From positions 620,001 to 684,000 of the forward strand of contig NW_026920828.1 in assembly GCF_032062105.1 (NCBI RefSeq): a stretch of 64,000 nucleotides of DNA. Reading direction: 5' to 3'. The notes below the pieces were generated by a model. It was not told where the DNA came from. It did no database searches and saw nothing but the letters and a program-made list of their open reading frames with translations. Below, piece by piece: positions 28,301 through 40,339 of this stretch. The stretch comes from Saccostrea cucullata. Its lineage: Eukaryota. Position numbers and translations under genes: made by a program. Every line of letters begins with the position of its first letter. The first letter of the stretch is position 1.

Positions 28301-31300
28301 AGGTCAGATTCAGCATCCGAAGCAAGCCCGGTAGTATGCATCCTTAGATGTATCATCCATGCAAGTTTGGTCAACATAGGGCTTATAGTTACTTGGAAAT
28401 GAAACCTGCACCAACAAATTTAACCTGTTCACTCAACCACAAAATGTAGGTCAGATTCAGCATCCGAAGCAAGCCTGATAGTATGCATCCTTAGATGTAT
28501 CATCCATGCAAGTTTGTTCAGTAGTCAACATAGGGCTTATAGTTACTTGGAAATGAAACCTGCACCAAAAACTTTAACCTGTTCACTCAACCGGAAAATG
28601 TAGGTCAGATTCATCAACCGAAGCAAGCCCAGTAGTATGCATCCTTAGATGTATCAACCATGCAAGTTTGGTCAACATAGGGCTTATAGTTACTTGGAAA
28701 TGAAAGCACCAAAAACTGCACCAAAAATGTTAACCTGCTCCAAAAACATTAACCTGACCATTACTTTGCTGAAATTGCAGCATCTGAAACTTTGACTGGT
28801 ACAATGAAACACATTAGAAGCATCTTCCATGCATGTCTAATCAATATAGGACATAGAAGTACTTAAAAAGAAAACTGCTCCAAAAAACTTAACCTGGGAC
28901 GCCAACGCCGACGCCGAGGGTATTACATAAGCTCCCCCAACTTCGTTGAGGTGAGCTAAAAATGATGAGATCGTGACCCAAACTGAACTTGACCTAGATA
29001 TTCATCTGAAATATCTGTATACCAAATTTCATTTCAGTATATGAAATTGTTGTGAAGAAAATGAACGGAAACTAAGTGGATCGACAGACAGACAGCAGCA
29101 AAGCAATATGCCCTCCCCTCTTCGAAAGGGGGCATAAAAATAATTTTCATATCAATCTATTACTGAGTATATAAATCATAAAATTTCATCAAATAAGAAA
29201 AACAAGAGAAGTCTCCTTGTGTACAATGATTATTTTAGTGATAACAATTCAACACAATAAACCCACTTCAGGTTGTATGACCCTCCTAGTAACTGAGTGA
29301 TTACCTCAGGCTGGTTCTCCGACACTTTCTTTATCAACATGGCCTGCATTGCCAGTTCGTTTGTCTGTGTTTTCTGGGAAAATGTCTGAATCAGGGGCAG
29401 AAAGTAGGTTTCAAACGTCTCTGACTTTCCATCATAACCAGCTGATATAGCATCTGAAAGTTATGTGTAAAATTTGTCACTTTATTTAAAAATACCTAAA
29501 AAAAAATTAGCTTCATATTTTAGCGTCTTCTGTGTGTTAACCAGACATTGCATTGTGTCAGTAGCCATCTTTTGCTCAAAGGCATAGCTATAAACTAGAA
29601 AACTAAGATTTCGCCAGATAACCTCTAACCCTTCCATGATGTCTTTTAAATATTCTTCCTTGTTAACAAAGGCCTGTTTTATAAACGAACTTCAAGGAAC
29701 TAAGACCAAAAACTTAAATAGATTTTAAAATTTTACAAAATTAATGATTCTGTTTAAAACTGTTAGCTTGAAAATATTTTGTTGTTGTATTCCCTTTACA
29801 AAAATTAAAACCATTTTTATTTTACTGTTAATTAGAAAGATATCTGCAGAATGAATTTTGGCCCTAGTCACAAGTTCAGATCACACCTACTTAGTGTGCT
29901 GAAATCCTTCTCCCTGAGATAGAGCTGGATCAGCCCCTCCATGCCCGCCGTGTCCATTAACTGGGACGTCTCTGGCCCAAACAGCTGCATGATGCTCCTC
30001 ATATTAGAGCTAATTAGCTCCTCCTCATTGTTCATCAGCCGCTGTACATGAGGAAATAATGGCTTCAGTCGACCCAATGTCTTCTTCTCTCTGTGCTGTA
30101 CAATATACCTTATAGTGTTATCTAATGGGAATTATTTTTTAAAACACAAACTACAATGTCTGATTGTAAGATACAATAACTCATTCTTAAAAATTACCGG
30201 GTACAATTCATTTAGAAAGTAGAAATTTTATCAATTGCATTTCCAGTGGAGTAGACCATACTAATGTTTGCTATTTTAATGATACAAACAGGTTTCTATA
30301 AATGATCCATTAAAAGGGTGACTAATTATTCAAAGCTATTTACATAAAAAGTTTACATTTTTAAAATACTGTATTTTGATTGATTGTACATGAAAACATA
30401 TACATATAATAATAAGGTGAAACACATCTTTTCAGAGGACAATGAAAATTAAAATTTTGAGTTTGCCAAAATAATATTTATGATTCTGATTGTTAAGCCT
30501 CTCACCAGGTTGATGTACTGCGGTAATCCAGCTACTGCTATCAGGCCATAGATATTGAGGTGCTGCCTCTGTAGACTTATGTACTCCCGCTCCTCCGACA
30601 GACAGAAGAGGAAGACGCGTAGGATAGCATCATCCATCTCCAGATCCCGCACTTCATCTCCACTAAAACAGAAGATTTCTACTTCAGAGAACTCAAACTT
30701 GATTTACTCTAAAAAATTTTGATCTGATAAAAAAAAAATCTTTTTTTCATAGTTGGCATGAAAACAATAGAAAAATCAGAATTATGGTAATGAATGTCTA
30801 TACTCTTGGTGTTGACTGGAAAAAGATAGAGTTAAAGTGAAATGTACATAATAAAAATTTTGCTTCATATAATTGAAGAAAAAACCTGTCAACTACAAAT
30901 ACCTAGATTGATCACATCAATTTTCAATTAACATTTTTGAGAAACAGACAGACATAAGCTGTAAACATTTACGTGGAAGACTTGACAAGGTTGTATCAGC
31001 TGTAAATATTTACCTGGATGACTTGACCAGATTGTATCAGCTGTTAATATTTACCTGAATGACTTGAACAGATTGTATCAGCTGTAAACATTTACCTAGA
31101 TGACTTGACAAGGTTGTATCAGCTGTTAACATTTACCTAGATGACTTGACAAGGTTGTATCCAGGTTGTATCAGCTGTTAACATTTACCTGGCTGACTTG
31201 ACAAGGTTGTATCAGCTGTAAACATTTACCTGGATGACTTGACCAGATTGTTTCAGCTGTAAACATTTACCTGGATGACTTGACCAGATTTTATCAGGTG

Positions 31301-34300
31301 TAAACAATTACCTAGATGACTTGACCAGGTTGTATCAGCTGTTAACATTTACCTGGATGACTTGACCAGGTTGTATCAGCTGTTAACATTTACCTGGATG
31401 ACTTGACCAGATTTTATCAGCTGTTAATATTTAACTGAATGACTTGACCTGATTGTTTCAGCTGTAAACATTTACCTGGATGACTTGACCAGATTTTATC
31501 AGCTGTTAATATTTAACTGAATGACTTGACCTGATTGTTTCAGCTGTAAACATTTACCTGGATGACTTGACCAGATTTTATCAGCTGTTAATATTTAACT
31601 GAATGACTTGACCAGATTGTATCAGCTGTAAACATTTACCTGGATGACTTGACCAGGTTGTATCAGCTGTAAACATTTACCTGGATGACTTGACCAGGTT
31701 GTATCAGCTGTTAATATTTACCTGGCTGACTTGACAAGGTTGTATCAGCTGTTAATATTTACCTGGATGACTTGACCAGATTGTATCAGATGTAAACATT
31801 TACCTGGATGACTTGACCAGGTTGTATCAGCTGTAAACATTGTATCAGCTGTAAACATTTACCTGGCTGACTTGACCAGGTTGTATCAGCTGTAAACATT
31901 TACCTGGATGACTTGACCAGATTGTATCAGCTGTTAATATTTAACTGAATGACTTGACCAGGTTGTATCAGCTGTTAACATTTACCTGGATGACTTGACC
32001 AGATTTTATCAGCTGTAAACATTTACCTGGATGACTTGACCAGATTGTATTAGCTGTTAACATTTACCTGGATGACTTGACCAGGTTGTATCAGCTGTTA
32101 ATATTTAACTGAATGACTTGACCAGGTTGTATCAGTTGTTAACATTTACCTTGATGACTTGACGAGGTTGTTGAAGAATTCAATCGCTGCAGTACACATC
32201 CACCCCGTGTCCCAGTCATAATCCTCAGTCTTCAACAGACACAGGAACCGGTCCAAGTAGCCAGCTATCAGGTGCTTGTTGTTCTGTAGAAAAAAAACGT
32301 AAGGCTGAAATTCTTTATCTTTTTCCCAAGTCCCAAAACATTTTGGTTAATGAATGTGACACCTGTCTATTACTTTTTGCAAACATATTCAAGGCATATA
32401 CCTATGGTTGTAATGTTCCTTCAGATAATTATATACATGTATAATAAAAACCTCTTAAAATTGTGTACAAACCTGTAAGGACACAAATTCACTTGCTGAT
32501 TTACACAGTGAGTCCACCATTATCTCCTTGCCGACAGCTTCCATAGTTACCATGACAAGCTCCGCTAACTCCACCTCCACTTGTTTGGCCACTTTAAGTA
32601 ATCTACAGAGAAAATTAAAGTCAAAATGATAGGTACATGTCACTATATGATGTATAATGTTAATTTGTTACGCAAGTTTTGTAATCTCTTTCTGTAAGCT
32701 ATTTCAGTTTTAGGAACAAAGTGGAATGAACTAAAAAAAAAAGCTATAAATGACTTTGATGCCATTTTTATGTAAATTTCCTTCATTTGACATTTTGTTT
32801 TTTTTAATAAACTCATAGCATGCAAAAATAAGAACAATTAATTTGTAGATTGTACTTGTTTTGATGTTATCATTTATATCTTCAAAATAACAGTGTATGT
32901 GTCCCCCTACTCAAGTTGTTTCATGAGGTTCTCCACAAATGATTCAGCCTTGGATGAGTAATCCTCCACATTTTCACACACGGAATAATCCACGGTCGTC
33001 AGAGCTACTATCATCTCCTTAGCTAAGGTAACATTTTCCTGCAGTAAGTAAAGTTTATTGCATGAAATATAGTATAAAGAATCCAGAGCAGTAAACAAAG
33101 AGTCCAGAGTGGTGTATAAGAGTAGAAAGGGCAGTTTATAAAGTATCTAAAGCCAGGTATGAACTAAAAAAAATTCATTGCTAAAGAACTAGAACCACTG
33201 ACAGAGGAATGTCATGAATTTCACAAAGTTTTGAAAAGACACCCTTGTTCATTACGGCTGTGCACTTAGTCTGTTTGCTTCATACCCAGGGGTACATATT
33301 TTTAAAAGAATTATGTTTTCGCTTTAAAATCAAATTGACAATGGAATTCAATCCTGATCCTGGGAGCATGAAATTCAAAATTTTGGGAGAGGCATCATCC
33401 CTGGTCATCACGACTATATCTTTCTGCTACTAGTATATATACAGGAGAAAATTTTATCCATTTTCCCTGCATAATCAAAGAACCCATCCTAACTCTATAA
33501 CTCTGGGACCATTGATTTTACAAATGTTGGTACAGAGCTTATTTCTTGCTATAACCGACAATTCAACTGCTGCAGCTTGATGTCCAAGGGTAAATTAAAC
33601 TAGAACTGTCGAAATGGGACAAAATACCCCCCGCTGGGTTTTTCAGAGGTAAGTTTTTCCACAATAAAGATATGTATCACACATGAATTATGAAATTTTT
33701 CTTCCAGTGACCTTGAAGTTCCCCAAATGACCTTGGGTAAAGGTTTTGACACACCCTTGGGTCATGGGCAATCTTTGTGTGAAATGAGAACCTAACAAGT
33801 TTATCCATAAGAAAGATATGGACCAGACACAAATTATGAATTTTACTTCCAGTGACCTTGAACTTCTCCAAATGATCTTGGGTCAAGGTCATGACACACC
33901 CTAAGGTCAAGGGCAATCTTTGTGTGAAATGAGAACCTACCAAATTTATCCATAAGAAAGATATGGACTGGACACAAATTATGAACTTTTTCTTCCAGTG
34001 ACCTTGAACTTCCCCAAATGACCTTGGATCAAGGTCATGTCACACCCTTAGGTTATGGGCAATCTTTGCGTGAAATGAGAACCTACCAAGTTTATCCATA
34101 AGAAAGATATGGACTGGACACAAATTATGAACTTTTTCTTCCAGTGACCTTGAATTTCCCCAAATGACCTTGGGTCAAGGTCATGACACACCCTTGGGTC
34201 ATGGGCAATCTTTGCATGAAATAAGAACCTACCAAGTTTATCCATAAAAAAGATGTAGACCGGAAACGAATAATTAAATTTTTCTTCCAGTGACCTTGAA

Positions 34301-37300
34301 CTTCCCCAAATGACCTTGGGTCAAGGTCATGACACACCCTTGGGTCATGGGCAATCTTTGTATGAAATGAGAACCTACCAAGTTTATCCATAAGAAAGAT
34401 ATGGACTGGACACGAATTATGAACTTTTTCTTCCAGTGACATTGAACTTCCCCAAATGACCTTGGGTCAAGGTCATGACAACCCTTAGGTCATGGGCAAT
34501 CTTTGTGTGGAGTAGTAGATTCTAATGTCCCTCCGTAAGAAAGATATGGACCGGACACGTTTGCACAGACAGACGGACAAGGTGATTCCCATATACCCCC
34601 CCCAAACTTCGTTTGCGGGGGGTATAAAGAGAGGATTTTTTGAAAATTGCATAAATTTTGACTTATAAAAACTAATAAAAGCTGATAGCATTAAAGTTAA
34701 CACACCAATGGACTATCAATAGGTCACCTAAAAAGAGAAAAGTAAGTTTTTTACCTTCCACTTCCAGGTGCCTTTCCATTTATTGTCGGCAATGATCTGA
34801 TTAGCAGCCTCCATTAGATTTTTGTGACACCACTGACAACATCGGACAACAAAGGACAACCAAAGTCTGGCCAGCTCTGCCCTAAATACAGGGATCACAG
34901 TTACATTTAACTCAGATTTACACAAAATTGATGAAATTACATTTTCATGAAGTTTAAAACCATGTTGTTAACTTTATGGATTATAAATACTAGTAATCAA
35001 ATTATGTTAATTCATAGCGAATCAAACTGTTTTTTCCTGGCGCTTTCCTTTGAACATGTTTTACTGCATTTGTAGTATTGGTTTTTGATAGAATATGTTT
35101 TTTTTCTCTATTTGGTCGTGGGTGTTAAAAACACATACCTTGGTTTTAGATGACGTTTGTATTTATCTATTTAGGGGGTAGGGATGTTAAATGTTAATAC
35201 CTTGGTCCTTGGTTTTAGATGACACATACATTTATCTATTGGGAGTGTGTGTTAAGTCAATACCTTGGTTTTAGATAACGTATGTATTTATCTATTTTGG
35301 GGGTGTTAATACATACTTTGGTTTTAGATGACGTATGTACTTTTCCGCCGCGTTTTCCAGCTCGTCACCAGTTGTCGCATTCCTCGGAGATTCTTTGAGG
35401 ATCTCCACTGCTGTCACAACCCATACCTCAAACAACTTAGGATTCTAAGGGGAAACAATCAATCTATTTCCCAAATCTAGCTACTATTTCTAAAACATTA
35501 TTTATGAAAAATTTTATATTTCAGTATAAATTTTGCCATGGGAAAGCTTCTTCTTACAACAATTAAAATGTGATATTACTTGCATACTTGCAGATGCTTT
35601 TGAGCAAATTTCATTCAATCATTCTTCACTTATTTCATACAAAAATATCCTTCAATACTTCTGAAAATGAGCAATTGATGTACTTGATGTTTCTAAAATT
35701 CCCTACCTTAAAGCATTCCTCTGGGAGATACCTATAGAATCCGTCTAATCTCTCTAACAGACTGGACTCCTCTGGAGCTAACGTCTTCAGACTCAGAGCC
35801 TTCAGCAACTCCGCGATGTCTCCGTAAATCCCCTCTATCATACCCGAGTCCCTGAAAATACAGGCTCTCAGTCCCTCTAGATTTGTAAATACTTAAATCA
35901 TAACTATAGATTTTATACCTGTGGAGTAATTAGCAATGCTTACTTAATCTGAAATACATCTTTCAGTTTATATTTTGTTTTTTCAGCGATTTCTTGACTC
36001 TGAGGGAACTCTGGATCCTTGATGAAATTTTGAAGCATCACGAGCTGTTTCCTGTAGAAATCCACATCTTGTAAACCCTACACATAGCATGAAGAAAGAT
36101 TTAAAGTCAGCTTGCAGAAAAATATACTATAAACAGGGAAATATTTACCCTTGATTTATTTTTTTCCATACCACCCTTCTCTCAGGACTGTGACTGGTTC
36201 AAATTGTTTGCAAGTGTGAAAGGACAAAATTATCCCCATATATAGTAAAACTTCATATATACAGTAAAACTTCATATATAAGTTCATTAAATTGATTGTA
36301 TAATTATTATATTAAAGCATTTTTCTCTTGAACTATAAATTACAAGGCCATGCACTGTGACTGACATATATGTTGGAGCATATCTCTATCATTAAACCTA
36401 AATATACATGATACTCACAGAAAATGGCTGCCTGTCGTAGGCCTGGTAGATTTTGTCCTGGGCACTGTTGAATGTTTTTCTCAGTGTGACCGGTACCTGA
36501 GGGAGCTGAACCAGATAAAAGATGAACAGGTCCAGGCAAGCTTTGTGGACCTCAGGCAACATCAAACGTTCCTTGTCACTCCTGAAGTAAACATACAAAG
36601 ATCTGAATTTTATCTTACACTATGGACATAGAAACACGGGCACACATATATAAACACACAGATCCAGATCAATACATGTATGTCCATGGATTTCATTCTA
36701 AAAGTGAAAAATTCACACAAAAGCATGTGTTTAAAAACATTTTGTTGATCTGATATATACAAGTACACAATTTGTACTTCATTTAAGAAAACTCTGAAGC
36801 CTGTTGTTAAGAATCTTTTGCTCATACAGTACGTACTTCAAAATTCATATACATGTAATTATTTTGTGTGTTTGTATTTGCAGAAGACATTATTAAATAA
36901 CGTCCATGTAGACCAAATTGTTGATTTTTTGTTTGCATTCATTTTTATGCACCAGTAGTCAAAGATTTGAGGGTATATAGATTTCCCTGTCTGTTTGTCC
37001 CCCCTAAAAAACTTTAACCTTGCCACAAAAAAAAACTTTAACCTTGCCAGTAACTTTTGATTGGATGGACTTATATGGCTTTCATATCGCGATAACGCGT
37101 GTTACTCAAGTTGTTTGCACACACCATTATTGTTATGAGACTATACATGTATCTTTCAAAAAATAATGATTCATTGCTAAAATATTTTCAAAATAATTTT
37201 GACCCTCAGAAAAGCCCTGGTGTACAGTTAAACTAAACCAGAGTACCTGATGACCATGTTATCCAGTTGTTCTGGGTATAACCGCTGTACTGTGTTGCTA

Positions 37301-39700
37301 TAGGTGGATACATCTGCCTCATCCACAGAAGAGATGGCTTTAAATCCTTCAACGACTTTCTGTAGTTTATCTCCGTATAAATCCTGTTCAAAACAGCATT
37401 TTATTTATCATCTCCCAAGAACTGGTACATTTCCAGGGTTACCCTTGTACATAAGCCTAAGATATATATCTCATTTCATATAACTCATGTATGTAGTAAT
37501 TTAAACATTTTAAATTTGGAATTGCTTTCTATTATAAATTCCTTTGGTGAAAAGTAGCAGCACAAAATGTACACATACAGGTTTTTATATTAAAAATTCA
37601 GAAAGTTCTAATCATACCTATGCTAATATGTTGAAAAATCAATTTTTACCAAACATTGTACAAAGCAATTTTAAACATTTAATACAAGTATTAAATGCAT
37701 TTACCAAGGAATATTATTTCAGGATACAAATCAGGTATGAATTCCACTTTTTCATTACCGGTACTGTTGAGGGATAAGTAATATTTGCAACCTTTAACTT
37801 GAAATTCATGAAATCTACAACTACTAATTGTCATGACTGAGGACTGGATAAACAGTGAAAGCTATTCCTCTTTACCTTGAACTCTATGTGCTTTGTAACG
37901 GTTTTGAGAAATTCACAATGACCGCTCCCTGGTCCTGATTTTAACAGAGCCACATAAAAGTCCACGAATTTGTCCTCCAAAGTCTCCGACGAAATCAAAT
38001 TCTCTTTTACTTTCTCACTGAAATTAAAAAAAAGTGATATACAAAAAAATTACTGTAGATTCCTTATTTTTTGCGAGTACTTATTATCGGGATATGGCTC
38101 TTTAACAGCAAATTGTGAGAATTATAATTTGCATATGGGCGGTTGATAAGGAGGATTTACATGGATTTCAGCACCATAAAAATAGAAGCAAGAAATTTTA
38201 TTTCGCGAGTGATGCTTCTCGCGGAATTACGCGATAATAATTTCTTTGTGTTTAATTAGGAAGTTACAGTATGAAATGGTAGTGGCACTAATAATAATAT
38301 CATTTTCACTGTATTTACAATCAGAATCACAAACCTTGATGCATTTAGTAAGATCTTTAAAATGCGTTCAGCCAGGTCAAACCCTGGAGTCCGTAGAGCT
38401 GGGAAGCCTGCGACACACACTTTTCTCTGGAATGCTTCAATTATACTCAGAGTCCCGTTACAATCCAGGGATGATAACTCTGTTTCGAATATGTTGATCC
38501 TCTCCCAGAATTGATTTGCAATGTCATCATTGACAGAGGAGAAGTCACAATTCAAAATAAAGGCCTCCATGTTTATCACCAACAAGGCTGAAAAATAGAC
38601 TTGAATGAGTGGATTAGGATTAAATTAAAGCTTACATGAGGTAAAAAAGATGTTTGGTTTTTTTTTTATTGGATAAAGACAAAAATAATATATAAATAAA
38701 ATATCACTTTCCAAATGCTGGCCAGAGTAAAGTCTTAGATCATTTTATAAAAATCTTTTTTTTTTTAATTGTGTGGCAATTTAGCAGACTGAATTGCCAG
38801 ACAGCACAGTTGGTAGAGCACCTGACTATTCAAAGGGTGCAGGTTCAAATCCTGGTATGGACACAATTTTCTCACTTCATGGCCTTGCCTGTTATACATT
38901 ACTTGCCATGATCAAGCCTATATATAAAGCAACAGGTGAAAGACCAGTGCCAATGAAAAGTTTTATGAGTTGGTGTTTGCAGGGACAAAGAACTTTGAAG
39001 GAGGAATTATATTGCAGTCAGTTAGGTTCCATAACTAGTACTGGTCAATGGCAGCCAGACAGCTCAGTTAGTAGAACTGGTGATTAAGACTGCCATGGTT
39101 CAAATCAGTTTTCCTTTCTCCCTGGTTACACCTGCTGACAACTGCACATGTGTAACAGTCATACAACAACTTCATTGGACAAACCAAATAGTACCATTTT
39201 TAAAATTGTTGAAACTTTATTTTGTAACTGCGCATTACAAGAAGGAATGAAGACAGAAGACATCACTACATTCAGCTGTTTTTGTCATTATATATTTGAT
39301 CAAATATATAACTTTGATAATTTACCTTTTAGAATTTTTTGTTCATGCTATTAACATTATATATATATATATGTATTCAGTTTTTACATACCCTAGATCA
39401 CTTATGAAGAGTACGGGTACATCATGCATACAACTTCAAGCTTTGATCAACATTATAATCTCCTGTATGCAGAGTTAAAATAGACTACATCATTATATCC
39501 AAACATATCCTTCTAACTTTGTTTGAACAGTAAAAAACAGCACCAATCCACAAGTTCTTGTTTATATTGATCTAACAAGTGAAAAGTCCACAAAACGCCA
39601 TCTTTTCCTGTACGTATCATCATTTAGTTTTCACTATGGTAACAAGAGTTACATTTACATACAGTTCACCTTCCTCAGTCATCCATGAATGTTTAAACAT
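22346..39700 (-). CDS. ~1475-aa protein: helical repeats, coiled coil, Death domain, tandem TIR domains and C-terminal CaaX (innate-immune adaptor or candidate NADase)
   Basis: 23 phase-compatible GT-AG exons totalling 4428 nt: 39670-39700, 38335-38587, 37876-38017, 37247-37383, 36419-36581, 35944-36077, 35707-35851, 35317-35444, 34755-34881, 32911-33038, 32473-32602, 32150-32283, 30506-30662, 29891-30095, 29305-29453, 26396-26614, 26027-26256, 25595-25826 (coiled coil), 25177-25450 (Death: DWRLLASRLG..LLSEW), 24744-25003 and 24293-24530 (TIR1: IFLSYQW..CWMD..NCNRE), 23780-23880, 22346-23056 (TIR2: IFISYQW..NCRRE, ending KKKSAACCVL*). Confidence 0.88.
26830..29138 (+). mobile_element. Helentron/HINE-type element interrupted by a second HINE
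   Basis: Starts AGAGATGTTTGTAAAACACT and ends (GACA)n plus the ATGCCCTCC..GGGGGCAT hairpin; same family as 47484-48332. Confidence 0.7.
27071..28962 (+). mobile_element. HINE carrying a ~147-bp satellite array (~9-10 units)
   Basis: Units start at 28025, 28172, 28319 and 28466. AGCTCACC/GGTGAGCT subterminal inverted repeat; (GACGCC)n and hairpin at the 3' end. Confidence 0.75.
30955..32170 (-). repeat. 41-bp minisatellite (~29 copies) containing a TIR-gene exon end plus donor
   Basis: - strand unit ACAACCTGGTCAAGTCATCCAG|gtaaatgtttacagctgat versus the true junction ACAACCTCGTCAAGTCATCAAG|gtaaatgttaacaactgat at 32150. Confidence 0.95.
33598..34628 (+). mobile_element. HINE with a 146-bp satellite array (~6 units)
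   Basis: GTGACCTTGAA recurs every ~146 bp. ATACCCCCCGC/GCGGGGGGTAT inverted repeat; (GACA) microsatellite near the 3' end. Confidence 0.8.
35130..35340 (-). repeat. Decayed ~60-bp repeat (4 copies) of an exon end plus donor
   Basis: CGTCATCTAAAACCAA(A/G)|gta occurs at the true junction 35317 and at ~35263, ~35200 and ~35139. Confidence 0.75.
38800..39110 (+). mobile_element. Decayed tRNA-derived SINE heads
   Basis: A-box-like AGCACAGTTGGTAGAGC and B-box GGTTCAAATCC. A second, more degenerate copy lies at ~39060-39105. No intact cloverleaf. Confidence 0.5.
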
Positions 39701-40339
39701 TTCTCAATGGCTCCATCATACCTCAAGCAGAACACGAAATCTAGGTGAGAGGACCATTATTGATTACATGCACTTCAGGTGTTTTATTGCCCAGAAAGGA
39801 ATGTGGAATCATTCATATCTATTTATGTTTAAATTTAATGGCACCAAATTGCTATCTCAAATACATTTCACACTTAAAGAATTATCAACCTTAAGTTGAG
39901 GAAATCAATAAGTTTGTCTTGATGTTACAACAAATCAATCATGTAGTTGAAGAAAATTTTAAAGGGACAAAGAAAGTACACATGTTATATTGTGTACACA
40001 AATTTCAAAAGTAGTTATATGGATTTTACAAGCAATTTAAATTTCTCATCAAATCACTTGATTTTAAATATTCTACCTGTATTTACTTCATAAAATTGTT
40101 ATGCTCACTACTTTTTATATTTCATAACAATGAACAATTACGGTTAGCACATTGAGCCAAATACATAAACATTGGTGTTCTATGTTCAACACTTCAAATC
40201 AATTTATCAATTTGAAAAATATTTTGGGTAATGTACCAATATCCAATGTAACATAAAGAGAGAAAATGCTGAAGTACGAACAAGGATTTGAACCCAGGCC
40301 CTCTAACAGCCGCTTAGCTCACCTTAGAGAGTACCCACC

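Noticed and set aside
33677-34703. ORFs within HINE satellite units (also 49483-49929, 55701-55955, 61066-61714)
   Set aside because: Repeat-derived, with no recognisable domain.
38805-38860. Possible tRNA gene
   Set aside because: A and B boxes are present but there is no pairing acceptor or anticodon stem; it is a SINE remnant.
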